Assembly (NCBI RefSeq): GCF_009914755.1
Contig: NC_060931.1
DNA: 64,000 bases
Reading direction: 5' to 3' (one strand)
DNA from: the human T2T-CHM13v2.0 reference genome, Homo sapiens
A program made the translations under genes and the position numbers. Positions 14,901-32,360 of this stretch are shown piece after piece. The notes beneath the pieces were generated by a model. That model searched no databases. It was not told where the DNA came from and was given only the letters and a program-made list of their open reading frames with translations. Each line of letters begins with the position of its first letter. Position 1 is the stretch's first letter.

Positions 14901-15449
14901 TGAGAAAGAGAAAAGCAATCCCTAACAACGAGGAGCTGACCTGACCCTGGCAAGTAGGCCGTGGTGTCAAACATGAACAATTTGACAAATCATCAAGATC
15001 AAACAAGGCCACCCCATGACTGTGATGGACCAAGATGAAAGCCAGACTACTCCATAATTATATCTGAGCACAGACAAAAACAGCAAACACTATATAAAAC
15101 CCTCAAATTATCAAACATCCTCCAATACTGGCTAAAATGAGTGACTGCTACTTCTATCAGTTATGACTCAGCCTAACTCCATTTGTCCCAACTTCTAGAT
15201 GAGATTCATTAAATACTCAATCCTAAACTTATCCCCAACTATTGACAACATTAAATCCAGAGCCCATCCCTGATTTCTTAAATGCTTCCCAAAATCACCT
15301 AACACAAGTGCAAATCCTATGAAATATCTTTCATCCTCTTCCTGAGTCACTGTAGGTTCATCGTATGTGGTCTTCCTTCCTTCAGAGTCAACAAGCCTTG
15401 CTAAAACTCTGGATGGATTCCTGTTGGTCCTTGCTGGAGGGCATCAACA
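14901..15449 (+). mobile_element. ERV1 solo LTR (MER89-like)
   Basis: TG...CA termini, ~550 bp, near-TSD CCAG/CTAG; internal motifs AAATCACCTAACACAAG and GCTGGAGGGCAT. Confidence 0.7.
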
Positions 15450-15561
15450 CTAGTTTTCTTAAATGAGTTTTCTGATTTTAACCTGATTTTAAGATAATAT
15501 TTTTGAGTGGGAGCCTAGGGATGGATATACACTTCTATAAGAAGGTCAAGTCAATGTTTTT

Positions 15562-15860
15562 TGTTGTTTTTTTTTTTAGAGATGGAGTCTTGCTCTGTCA
15601 CCCAGGCTGGAGTGCAGTGGTGCAATCTTGGCTCACTGCAAGCTCCGCCTCCTGGGTTCACCCACCATTCTCCTGCCTCAGCCTCCCGAGTAGCTGGGAC
15701 TACAGGCGCCTGCCACCACGCCCGGCTAATTTTTGTATTGTTAGTAGAGACAAGGTTTCACCGTGTTAGCCAGGATGGTCTCGATCTCCTGACCTCGTGA
15801 TCCGCCCGCCTCAGCCTCCCAAAGTGCTGGGATTACAGGCGTAAGCCACTGCGCCCGGCC
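15562..15860 (-). mobile_element. AluY
   Basis: GCAAGCTCCGCC and CCGTGTTAGCCAGGATGGTCTCGATC diagnostics; TSD AAGTCAATGTTTTT. Confidence 0.92.
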
Positions 15861-17755
15861 AAGTCAATGTTTTTAACAACTGTTTTCTTTACTAAGAAGA
15901 AATGTCTTTCGATAATGTCTGGATTCAAAGCTGCTTTGCTGATGGTAGAAGTCACTGGATGTCAGAACCCAAATAAGTGAGACATTACAATAAATAGAAA
16001 TAACCTAATTTCTCAGATCATAACTCATCCTACATAATAACACACCTTGCATATACTAGATTTGGAGATCATCGTGGACAGGAGGCAGGACTAGATCGCA
16101 GCTCCCACTCGGATGGAAAGAACAGCATGTGGAGGCTAGCACTGTGAACCTTTGCTCTAGAACGACTGCAGGAATACATTTGGAAAGCCAAGAAAACCCA
16201 CGGACTTGCTGAAGGGAATGGATTGCTCCTGCAGGACCTGGGAGACATCCCAAATATTGTGAGTGCCCAAACTATAGAAATGGGAAAGGGAGATTGTCCG
16301 CCCCTGAACACATACCCCCACTGGGGAACCTGAAGGTCTAGATTATGGGAGCTGAGTCAATTTAGAGAGCCAAGCGAAATACAGGAGTAGAGAAAGCAGC
16401 AGGAAAATCCCTGTGGGCTCAGTGGGTTCCCTAGCAAGCCATCTCTGCCTCACATCACTGGGGTCCTTGAGGATGGCTGCCAGAGGCACTGGGAAAAGCC
16501 CACAGGGGGAAGGAAACCTCCAACTGAATTCTGTAATAATTTCAACAGATTGAGAAGTCTCCTGGCCAGAACTCAGGAAAGGGCGTGAATCCAGTGTGCA
16601 GACTCCACAGACAGGGGAAGAAGGAAAGCTCTACTGACTTTCCTAGCTGGGAGGTGGGAAGCCTGGGGCAACCTCTCAGCCCTACTCACCCACTGCCTGG
16701 AAACAGACTCAGTGTTGTTGGGAGGGCACGGTGGGAGTCAGACCAGCCCTTCAGTTTGCACTGGAGCTAGGTTAGGACTATGACTGCTGGCTTTCCCCCA
16801 CTTCCCTGACAACCTGTATGGCACAGCAGAGGCAGCCATTATCCTCCTAGGTATACAATTCCATTGATCTGGGAACCTCTCCCTTACCCCCACAGCAGCC
16901 ACAGCAAGACCCACCCAAGTAGAAGTAGAGTCTGAGCTCAGAAACACCTAGCCTTGCTCCCGCCTAATGGTCCTTCCCTATCCACCCTGGTAACTGAAGA
17001 CAAAGGGCATATACTCATGGGAGTTATAAGGCCCTGTCCACCACCTGTTCCTTCCCATACTACCACAACTGATGCTCTCTTGAAAACACCACCTCCCAGG
17101 AGGAGGCCAACCGGCACAAAAATACTGTACTAACCAACCAAAGCTAAGGACCCTCACAGAGTCCATTTCACCCACTGGAGCAGGCGCTGGTATCCATGGC
17201 TGAGGGACCCACAGACGGTTCACATCATAGGACTCTGTGCAAACAGCCCCCAGTACCAGCCTGGAGCCCGGTAGACTTGCTGGATGGCTAGATCCAGAAG
17301 AGAGATAACAATCACTACAGCTTAGCTGTCAGGAAGCCACATCCCTAGAAAAAGGATGAGACTACTAAATCAAGGAAACACCCCATGGGACAAAAGGAAT
17401 TTAATGACAGCCTTGAGCCCTGGAACTTCCCTCTGACAGGGCCTACCCAAATGAGAAGGAAACAGAAAACCAACTCTGGTAATATGACGAAACAAGGTTG
17501 TTTAACACCCCCAAAAAATTACACTAGCTCACCAGCAATAGATCCAAACAAGAAGACATCCTTGATCTACCTGAAAAAGAATTCAGAAGGTGAGTTATTA
17601 AGCTAATCAGGAAGGCACCAGAGAAAGGTGAAGCCCAATGTAAGGAAATTTAAAAAATGATACAAGAAGTGAAGGGAGAAATATTCAATGAAATAGATAG
17701 CATAAATAAAAACAATCAAAACTTCAGGAAACATGGACACACTTACAGAAATGCA

Positions 17756-18064
17756 GGCTGAGCACGGTGGCTCACACCTGTAATCCCAACACTTTGGGAG
17801 GCCGAGGCAGATGGACTACCTGAGGTCAGGAGTTCACGACCAGCCTGACCAACATAGAGAAACCCCGTCTCTACTAAAAATACAAAAATTAGCCGGGCGT
17901 GGTGGCACATGCCTGTAATCCCAGCTACTGGGGATGCTGTGGCAGGATAATCACTTGAACCCGGGAGGCAGAAGTTGTGGTGAGAGCTAAGATCACGCCA
18001 TTGCACTCCAGCCTGGGCAACAAGAGCAAAACTCCATCTCAAAAAAAAAAAAAAGAAAAAAGAA
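17756..18064 (+). mobile_element. AluSp nested in L1PB ORF1
   Basis: TSD AGAAATGCA (17747-17755, 18065-18073). Confidence 0.92.
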
Positions 18065-20271
18065 AGAAATGCAAAATGCTCTGGAAGCTCTCAGTAATAC
18101 AATTTAACAAGCAAAAGGAAGACCTTCAGAGCTCAAAGACAAGGTTTTTTAATTAATCCAAACAAAAAAGAATAAGAAAATATGAACAAAGCCTCCAAGA
18201 AATCTGGGATTATGTTAAATGGCCAAACCTAAGAATAATTGGTGTTCCTGAGGAAGAAGAGAAATCTAAAAGTTTGAAAAATATATTTGGAGGAATAATC
18301 GAGGAAAACTTCCCCACCCCTGCTAGAGAACTAGATATCAAAATACAAGAAGCTCAAAGAACACCTGGGAGATTCATCGCAAAAAAGATCATCACCCAGG
18401 AACACTGTCATCAGGTTATCTGAAGTTAAGAAGAAGGAAAGAATCTTAACAGCTGTGAGGCAAAAACACCTCACTAATGTTTAATTGTAATTCTTTAATA
18501 ACATATTATATCGAGCACTAAATGGAACTTTTAAGTTTTATAAAGAGTATCTACAAAAACCCTAGAGCAGAAGTAATAATAATGAACTGTTGAAATCTTT
18601 CCTGTATAGGTAACCTATAAAGGAAAACCTATCAGATTAACAGCAGATTTCTCAGCAGAAACTCTACAAGCTAGAAGGGATTGGGGTCCTATCATCAGCC
18701 TCCTCAAACAAAACAATTATCAGCTAAGAAGTTTGTTTCCACTGAAACTAAGCTTCATAAATGAAGGAAAGATACAGTCTTTTTCAGACAAACAAATGCT
18801 GAGAGAATTTGCCACTACCAACCCAGCACTACAAGAACTGCCAAAAGGAGCTCTAAATCTTGAAAGAAATCCTGGAAACACATCAAAACAGAAACTCTTT
18901 AAATCATAAATTTCACAGGACCTATAAAACAAAAATATAATAAAAAAGGTATATAGGCAAAAAATAGCACAGTGAATGGTACCTCACATCTCAATACTAA
19001 CATTGAATGTAAATGGCCTAAATGGTTCACTTAAAATACATAGAATTGCAGAATGGATAAGAATTCACCAACCAATCTGCTGCCTTCAAGAGACTCACCT
19101 AACACATAAGGACTCACTTAAACTTAAGGTAAGCTGATGGAAAATGACATTTCATGCAAATGGACACCAAAAGCAACCAGGGGTAGCCATTCTTATATCA
19201 GACAAAACAAACTTTAAAGCAACAACAGTTTAAAAAGATAAAGAAGGTCATTATATAATGATAAAAGGCCTTGTCCAACAGGAAAACATCACAGTCCTAA
19301 ATATATATGCACCCAACACTGGAGCTCCCTAATTTATAAAACAATTACTAATATACCTAAGAAATGAGACAGACAGCAACACAATAATAGTGGGGCACTT
19401 CAATACTGCACTGACAGCACTAGACAGGTCATCGAGACAGAACGTCAACAAAGAAATAATGGATTTAAACTATACCCTGGAACAAACGGACTTAACAGAT
19501 ACTTACAGAACATTCTACCCAACAACCACAAAATATACATTCTATTCAACAGTGCATGGTACCTTCTCCAAGATAAAACATATCACAGGCAACAAAACAA
19601 GCCTCAATAAGTTCAAGAAAAGTGAAATTATACCAAGCAGTCTTTCAGACCACAGTGGAATAAAACTGGAAATCAACTCCAAAATGAACCTTCAAAGCCA
19701 TGCAAATACATGGAAATTAAATAACCTGCTCCTGAAAGATCACTGGGTCAAAAATGAAATCAAGATGGAAATTTAAAAATTCTTCAAACTGAATGACAAT
19801 AGTGACACAACCTATGAAAACCTCTGGGATACTGCAAAGGCAGTGCTAAGAGGAAAGTTCATAGCCCTAAACACCTATATCAAAAAGTCTGAAAGAGCAC
19901 AAACAAACAATTTAAGGTCACACCTCAAGGAACTAGAGAAACAAGAACAAACCAAACCCAAACTCAGCAGAAAGGAAATAAGCAAGATCAGAGCAGAACT
20001 GAATGAAATTGAAAATTAGATAAATGAAACAAAAACTGGTTCTTTGAAAAGATAAATTGATAGACCATCAGCAAGATTAACCAAGAAAAGAAGGGAGAAA
20101 ATCCAAATAAGTTCAATTAGAAACGAAACAGGAGATTTACAACTGGCACCAAAAATCTAAAAGAAATCCAAGCAGAAATCCAAAAGATCATTCAAGGCTA
20201 CTATGAACACCTTTATGCGCATAAACTAGAAAGCCTAGAGGAGATGAATAAATTCTTGAAAAGATACAACC

Positions 20272-21177
20272 GGGGGAGGAGCCAAGATGGCCGAATAGGA
20301 ACAGCTCCGGTCTACAGCTCCCAGCGTGAGCGACGCAGAAGACGGGTGATTTCTGCATTTCCATCTGAGGTACCGGGTTCATCCCACTAGGGAGTGCCAG
20401 ACAGTGGGCGCCGGCCAGTGTGTGTGCGCACCGTGCGCGAGCCGAAGCAGGGCGAGGCATTGCCTCACCTGGGAAGCGCAAGGGGTCAGGGAGTTCCCTT
20501 TCCGAGTCAAAGAAAGGGGTGACGGACGCACCTGGAAAATCGGGTCACTCCCACCCGAATATTGCGCTTTTCAGACCGGCTTAAGAAACGGCGCACCACG
20601 AGACTATATCCCCCACCTGGCTCAGAGGGTCCTACGCCCACGGAATCTCGCTGATTGCTAGCACAGCAGTCTGAGATCAAACTGCAAGGCGGCAACGAGG
20701 CTGGGGGAGGGGCGCCCGCCATTGCCCAGGCTTGCTTAGGTAAACAAAGCAGCCGAGAAGCTCGAACTGGGTGGAGCCCACTACAGCTCAAGGAGGCCTG
20801 CCTGCCTCTGTAGGCTCCACCTCTGGGGGCAGGGCACAGACAAACAAAAAGACAGCAGTAACCTCTGCAGACTTAAGTGTCCCTGTCTGACAGCTTTGAA
20901 GAGAGCAGTGGTTCTCCCAGCACGCAGCTGGAGATCTGAGAACGGGCAGACTGCCTCCTCAAGTGGGTCCCTGACCCCTGACCCCCGAGCAGCCTAACTG
21001 GGAGGCACCCCCCAGCAGGGGCACACTGACACCTCACACGGCAGGGTATTCCAACAGACCTGCAGCTGAGGGTCCTGTCTGTTAGAAGGAAAACTAACAA
21101 CCAGAAAGGACATCTACACCGAAAACCCATCTGTACATCACCATCATCAAAGACCAAAAGTAGATAAAACCACAAAG
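20272..21177. promoter_or_regulatory. L1 5'UTR: sense promoter (YY1 site AAGATGGCCG at 20284-20293) and antisense promoter pointing along the COL28A1 sense strand
   Basis: Near-consensus L1HS 5'UTR with most CpGs retained; bidirectional promoter activity is established for this region. Confidence 0.85.
20507..20722 (-). CDS. L1 ORF0 (71 aa, MAGAPPPASLPPCSLISDCC...RCVRHPFL), intact
   Basis: C-terminal 71 aa of ORF-track entry 20507..20791; splice donors lie 106 nt (20617|20616) and 191 nt (20532|20531) after the ATG. Confidence 0.85.
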   Translation of the reverse strand: MAGAPPPASLPPCSLISDCCASNQRDSVGVGPSEPGGGYSLVVRRFLSRSEKRNIRVGVTRFSRCVRHPFL

Positions 21178-22195
21178 ATGGGGAAAAAACAGAACAGAAA
21201 AACTGGAAACTCTAAAACGCAGAGCGCCTCTCCTCCTCCAAAGGAACGCAGTTCCTCACCAGCAACAGAACAAAGCTGGATGGAGAATGACTTTGAAGAG
21301 CTGAGAGAAGAAGGCTTCAGACGATCAAATTACTCTGAGCTACGGGAGGACATTCAAACCAAAGGCAAAGAAGTTGAAAACTTTGAAAAAAATTTAGAAG
21401 AATGTATAACTAGAATAACCAATACAGAGAAGTGCTTAAAGGAGCTGATGGAGCTGAAAACCAAGGCTCGAGAACTACGTGAAGAATGCAGAAGCCTCAG
21501 GAGCCGATGTGATCAACTGGAAGAAAGGGTTATCAGCAATGGAAGATGAAATGAATGAAATGAAGAGAGAAGGGAAGTTTAGAGAAAAAAGAATAAAAAG
21601 AAATGAGCAAAGCCTCCAAGAAATATGGGACTATGTGAAAAGACCAAATCTACGTCTGATTGGTGTACCTGAAAGTGATGTGGAGAATGGAACCAACTTG
21701 GAAAACACTCTGCAGGATATTATCCAGGAGAACTTCCCCAATCTAGCAAGGCAGGCCAACGTTCAGATTCAGGAAATACACAGAACGCCACAAAGATACT
21801 CCTCGAGAAGAGCAACTCCAAGACACATAATTGTCAGATTCACCAAAGTTGAAATGAAGGAAAAAATGTTAAGGGCAGCCAGAGAGAAAGGTCGGGTTAC
21901 CCTCAAAGGAAAGCCCATCAGACTAACAGCGGATCTCTCGGCAGAAACCCTACAAGCCAGAAGAGAGTGGGGGCCAATATTCAACATTCTTAAAGAAAAG
22001 AATTTTCAACCCAGAATTTCATATCCAGCCAAACTAAGCTTCATAAGTGAAGGAGAAATAAAATACTTTATAGACAAGCAAATGCTGAGAGATTTTGTCA
22101 CCACCAGGCCTGCCCTAAAAGAGCTCCTGAAGGAAGCGCTAAACATGGAAAGGAACAACCGGTACCAGCCGCTGCAAAATCATGCCAAAATGTAA
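21178..22195 (+). pseudogene. L1 ORF1p disrupted by a +1 frameshift (extra T at 21530/21531)
   Basis: ORF track splits ORF1 into 123 aa (MGKKQNRK...) and an overlapping frame ending ...QNHAKM; span is 1018 nt instead of 1017; sequence reads AGGGTTATCAGC versus consensus AGGGTATCAGC. Confidence 0.93.
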
Positions 22196-22234
22196 AGACC
22201 ATCGAGACTAGGAAGAAACTGCATCAACTAATGA

Positions 22235-26038
<3,804 letters not shown>

Positions 26039-26743
26039 GAACAAAAAACCAAACACCGCATATTCTCACTCATAGGTGGGAATTGAACAATGAGATCACG
26101 TGGACACAGGAAGGGGAATATCACACTCTGGGGACTGTGGTGGGGTCGGGGGAGGGGGGAGGGATAGCACTGGGAGATATACCTAATGCTAGATGACGAG
26201 TTAGTGGGTGCAGCGCACCAGCATGGCACATGTATACATATGTAACTAACCTGCACAATGTGCACATGTACCCTAAAACTTAGAGTATAATAAAAAAAAA
26301 TAATTAAAAAAAAAAAAAAAAAAAGAAAAGATACAACCTTCCTAGCTTAAATCAGGAAGAATTAGATACTCTTAACAGACCAATAACAAGCAGTAAGACT
26401 GAAATGGTAATTTTAAAATTACCAACAAAAAATGTCCAGGACTAGACGGATTCACAACAAAATTCTACCAGACATTCAAAGAATTATCAATCCTATTGAC
26501 ACTATTCCACAAGATAGAGAAAAAGGGAACCCTCCCTGAATCATTCTATGAAGCCAGTATCATCCTAATACCAAAACCAGGAAAGGACATAACCAAAAGA
26601 GAAAACTACAGACCAATATCCCTCATGAACATATATGCTAAAATCCTTAACAAAATACTAGCTAACTGAATCCAACAACGTATCAAAAAGATAATCCACC
26701 ATGATCAAATGGGTTTCATAACAGGGATGCAGGGATGGGTTTA

Positions 26744-27155
<412 letters not shown>

Positions 27156-29003
27156 TTATGATTAAAGCTCTCAGCAAAATTGGCATACAAGGAGCATACC
27201 TCAAGGTAATAACAACCATCTATGACAAACCCATAGCCAACATAATACTGAATGGAGAAAAGCTGAAAGCATTCCCTCTGAGAACTGGAACAAGACAAGG
27301 ATGCCCACTCTCACCACCCCTCTGACACATAGTACTGGAAGTCCTAGCCAGAGCAATCAGATAAGAGAAAGAAATAAAGAACATCCAAATCAATAAATAG
27401 AAAGTCAAAGTGCCTGTTTGCTGATGATATGATTGTTTACCTAGAAAACCCTAAAGACTCCTCCAGAAAGCTCCTAGAATTGATAAAAGAATTCAACAAA
27501 GTTTCCAGATACAAAATTAATATACACAAATCAGTAGCTCTTCTATACACCAACAGCAAACAAGCCGAGAATCAAATCAAGAACTCAACCCTTTTTACAA
27601 TAGCTGCAAAAAAAAAAATAAAATACTTAGGAATATACCTAACCAAGGAGGCGAAGGACCTCTACAGGGAAAACTACAAAACACTGCTGAAAGAAATCAT
27701 AGATGACACAAACAAATGCAAACACATCCCATGCTCATGGATAGGTAGAATCAATATTGTGACAATGACCATACTGCCAAAAGCCATACACAAATTCATT
27801 GAAATTCCCATCAGAATACCATCATCATTCTTCACAGAATTAGACAAAAACAATTCTGAAATTCATATGCAACCAAAAAAGAGCCCACATAGCCAAAGCA
27901 AGACTAAGCAAAAAGAACAAATCTGGAGGCATCAATTACCTGATTTCAAACTACACTATAAGGCCATAGTTACCAAAACAGCATGGTACTGGTATAAAAT
28001 AGGCACATAGACCAGTGGAACAGAATAAAGAACCCAGAAATAAACCATCATACTTACAGCCAACTGATCTTTGACAAAGCAAACAAGAACATATAGTGGG
28101 GAAAGGACACCCTATTCAACTGGAATAATTCAGCTGGAATAATTGGCAAGCCATATGTAGAAGAATAAAACCGGATCCTCATCTCTCACCTTATACAAAA
28201 TCAGCTCAAGATGGATCAAGAACTTAAATCTAAAACCTGAAACTATAAAAATTCTAGAAGATAACATTGAAAAAACTCTTCTAGACATTGGTTTAGGCAA
28301 GGATTTCATGATGAAGCATCCAAAAGCAAATGCAATAAAAACAAAGATAAATAGCTGGGACTTAATTAAACTAAAAAGCTTTTTCACAGCAAAAGGCACA
28401 GCAAAAGGAACGGTTAGCAGAGTAAACAGACAACCCACAGAATGGGAGAAAATCTTCACAATCTATACACCTGACAAAGGACTAATATCCAGAATCTTCA
28501 ATGAACTCAAACAAATTATCAAGAAAAAAACAAATAATCCCATCAAAAAGTGGGCTAAGGACATGAATACACAATTCTCGAGAAGATATACAAATGGCCA
28601 ACAAACATGAAAAAATGCTCAACATCACTAACGATCAGAGAAATGCAAATCAAAACCACAATGTGATACCACCTTACTCCTGCAAGAATGGCCATAATCA
28701 AGAAATCAAAAAATAATAGATGTTGGCACGGATGCAGTGAACAGGGAACACTTCTGCCTTGCTGGTGGGAATGTAAACTAGTACAACCAGTATGGAAAAC
28801 AGTGTGGAGATTCCTTACAGAATTAAAAGTATAACTATCATTTGATCCAGCAATCCCACTACTGGGTATCTACCCAGAGGAAAAGTCGTCATTATACGAA
28901 AAAGATACTTGCACATACCTGTTTATAGCAGCACAATTTGCAAATGCAAAAACATGGAACCAACCCAAATGCCCATCAATCAATGAGTGGATAAAGAAAC
29001 TAT

Positions 29004-29270
29004 GATATATATATTACAGTGTGTGTGTTTGTTTATATATATAGTGTGTGTTTATATATAGTGTGTGTTTGTTTACATATATAGTGTGTGTGTTTGTTTA
29101 TATATATGATGGAATATATATACTGTATACTATATATACAGTATATATAGTGTGTATATAGTGTATATATAGTATAACATATATTATAGTGTGTTTTTAT
29201 ATATATGATGGAATACTATATATATACTATATACTCTATATATATATGGAATATATATATATATATATGT
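29004..29270. repeat. Compound (TA)n/(TG)n expansion inside the L1PB 3' region
   Basis: Repeated TATATATGATGGAATA and ATAGTGTGTG units. Confidence 0.85.
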
Positions 29271-29780
29271 GATGGAATACTACTCAGTCATAAAAAGGAA
29301 TGAATTAATGGCATTTGCAGTGACCTGAATGAGATTGGAGACTATCATTCTAAGTGAAGTAACTCAGAAATAGAAAACAAAACATTGTATGTTCTCACTC
29401 ATATGTGGGAGCTAAGTTATGAGGACGCAAAGGCATAAGAAAGACACAGAGGACTTTGAGGACTCGGGGCAAAAGGGTGGGAAGAGGGTGAGGGATAAAA
29501 GACCACAAATTGGGTTCAGTGTATACTGCTTGGGTGATGGGTGCACCAAAATCTCACAAATCACCACTAAAGAACTTACTCATGTAACCTATCACCACCT
29601 GTTCCCAAATAACCTGTGGAAATAAAATAATTATTTTAAAAAAAGAATATACTAGATTTATAATTAACCAGATACCTGTGTGGCATGGTTGTCATGTATA
29701 CAGTTCAGAAATGTACATACATAAAGAACAATGACAATTTTATTGGCATTGTTTCCAGTGTACACCCTATTATACAGTAC

Positions 29781-29849
29781 CTTCTCCCCTTTGATTGACA
29801 GGCCTTGTAATCCCTGTGGGCCAGTTGGTCCTTCAGAACCTTTTTCACC
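29781..29849 (-). CDS. COL28A1: Collagen XXVIII exon, 69 bp, [23 protein letters not shown]
   Basis: tactttcag|GGT...AAG|gtactg; G-LSIK-G (G4G) imperfection; visible inside ORF-track entry 29664..29861. Confidence 0.95.
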
Positions 29850-31542
29850 CTGAAAGTACAAGGGAGGGATATCAATGCACCAACCAAAATCTGAATTTTA
29901 AAAGAGTTTACATTACAAATACTATGAATTGTGCTTCAAAATTATTTTTTAAATAAAGCATCCAAAGTCACTGTTTACTACAAATGGGTAATTCTAATTG
30001 ACTCTGAGATTTGCAACTTGCAAAAAATACATTAGTCATAACACTTAAACAAGAAGGAAGCTATCCAAGCAAAACACATATGTAGCATCCCTGAAGTTAG
30101 AAAAGAGCTCAGTTCCCAATTTAAACAAAAATATTCTGGAAATGGATCACCTAATCAATCACATAGTATAACTAACTGGATCAAGTCTCCTTTTCCTTAA
30201 TATTGCTGAAACTGGGTCCATCACACAAGGAAAATTTATTTCTCGTACTAATATGTGAACTAATACTTGCTAGGATTAGATTATTACCTTTTTTTTTGTT
30301 TATAAACATTCATTGAAAATTTATGTTTAAAAGAATTCATGGAAAATCTTCTTAGATATGCTCCTACAGTTACATGACGTAAGTGAACAGCTCTGTCCTT
30401 AATATAACGTATATTGTCATAATACTTCATGCATTTTTATGAAAAATAAACCATATAATAAATCAGAAGCAGCATTCATTTAATAAATTTATTAGAACCA
30501 AGAGTAAAATCAAAGAACATTTACAAATTAGCCCCAAATAGTACATACAGAGAACACCCATTGGTCTGACTAGTTGGGGAATGAAATATTCTGATTCTGG
30601 GTTCTTCTGATCATTACCACAGAATATAACTGCATATACTTGATCCTAAAGCAGCACGGAACACGATGTGTTCTTTCTTTGATGAGATAGAGGTCAATGC
30701 CCATGAGCTATTACATACAAGAGTATCAATAAAGTATGATAATACCTCATATAATATAAAAGTATGTTGAACCTGTCACTATGAAATACCCTGGAATATT
30801 CTTCTTAATGTTTCACATATTCATTTCTCATTTATTTCTTTCTCTTTAAAAAACACAGATTTTAAAGAGAAATAATTCTATTTGAATTTTTCAGATTATT
30901 TGGGCTACACATAAATAGAAGTAGAAATTTACTAAGTGCCAAAAAAATCTCAAACTGTGTATTACAAAACTTTCGGTGATGTCATGCCAAGTTGCTGACC
31001 TGTCTTCTGATAGTGATACTGTGATTAGTCAAAGGTGTTAGTAATATCCCTTTATCCAACATATTATTTCCATTATCATGACAAATTAAAATGTGTTCAT
31101 TAACAAGGGCGTCTTTTAAAATTTAACCCAGCAGTCACTCAAAACTAAGGATGAATTATTTGTTTTTATCTAATTGTTTTCCCTCTAGTAGAGATTTAGG
31201 ATTCTCATAGATAATTGAATATCGATCATGGTGGAAGAAGCTGAGAATGAAATGCACTTTTAGAGCATGAGGCCATACTGAGAAGGCCATATCTTAGTCA
31301 CCTGATGGAATGACTGATGTGGAGGGTCTCAGACACTTAGAAAGCAGCATGTACTTCTCCGGGCAGTATGTGTGTATATGCATGTGTGTGTTTTTTGGGG
31401 AGACTTTGGAAATAAAGGAAGAAGGACTCCAAAATGTATCTTTACGTACTCTGAAATGTTGTTGATGCTGCTCATTTTGGAAAACACTTTTTAACATGCC
31501 CTTCAGCAAATGTGCCAAAGATTATATACAAACTGCCTATAT

Positions 31543-31767
31543 CAGGGGACAGCAAACTACAGCCCATAAGCCAAATTCAGCCCACTGCCTGTTTTTATAT
31601 TATAAATATAGTTTTATTGGAACAGCCACATTCCTTCATTTATACATTGTTTATGGCTGCTTTCAAGCTACATCAGCAGTTAAGTAGTTACAGCAGATAC
31701 CATATGGCTCACAAAGCCTAAAATATTTGCTATCTGCCCCTTTACAGAAAAAGTTTGCCAACCTTTG
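31543..31767. mobile_element. MER58A hAT-Charlie MITE
   Basis: CAGGGGACAGCAAACT...AAAGTTTGCCAACCTTTG terminal inverted repeats. Confidence 0.8.
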
Positions 31768-32291
31768 GTGCAGAACAACTTGAGCTCCAAGAATTACATA
31801 AGGGAAATGACAGGAAATTCTCAATGGCTAGTTAAAAAGGAAGTCTTTCATAACATTTTGTTTCTGTAGTAAAATTTTCTTTCTTATTATATTGATGGCA
31901 GTACTATTACAGATTGGTTTCTTATCTGTGTTTCACGAAAAAAGCTGTGAGCAAAGAATTGCCATAGCTACACTCGATGATTTAACTTCTGGGCATAAGG
32001 ATGTTATTTATCACTGTGGCTTTAAATGACTACAAACTACTTTAAGAGATTTTTCTAATTTCATATGTAGTAATTACATGAAGTAGAAGTCTTTCAATTA
32101 CTTATTTGTAGTTCCAAATTTTACTGTATTTTCGCATTACAGGGAAATTTACATATTCCTTCATTAAATGGAATAAAGATGGTCAGAAAAATAATTAACT
32201 TCTAAAAATTGGCTAGGACACATTTTTAAAATTTGTAATTCACGAGCATGTAAGACAAAGCACCTTTTCCTGGTACAGAAGGTATTGTTAC

Positions 32292-32360
32292 CTTTGGTCC
32301 TGGAAATCCTTCTCCGGGTAAGCCCCTCTCTCCTGGTACTCCCTCAGGACCACGGGGACC
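32292..32360 (-). CDS. COL28A1: Collagen XXVIII exon, 69 bp, [23 protein letters not shown]
   Basis: long pyrimidine tract, ccag|GGT...AAG|gtaaca; visible inside ORF-track entry 32226..32507. Confidence 0.95.

Noticed and set aside
20188-20481. 97-aa antisense ORF crossing the L1 5' junction
   Set aside because: Generic feature of the L1 5'UTR reverse strand extended by chance into the flank
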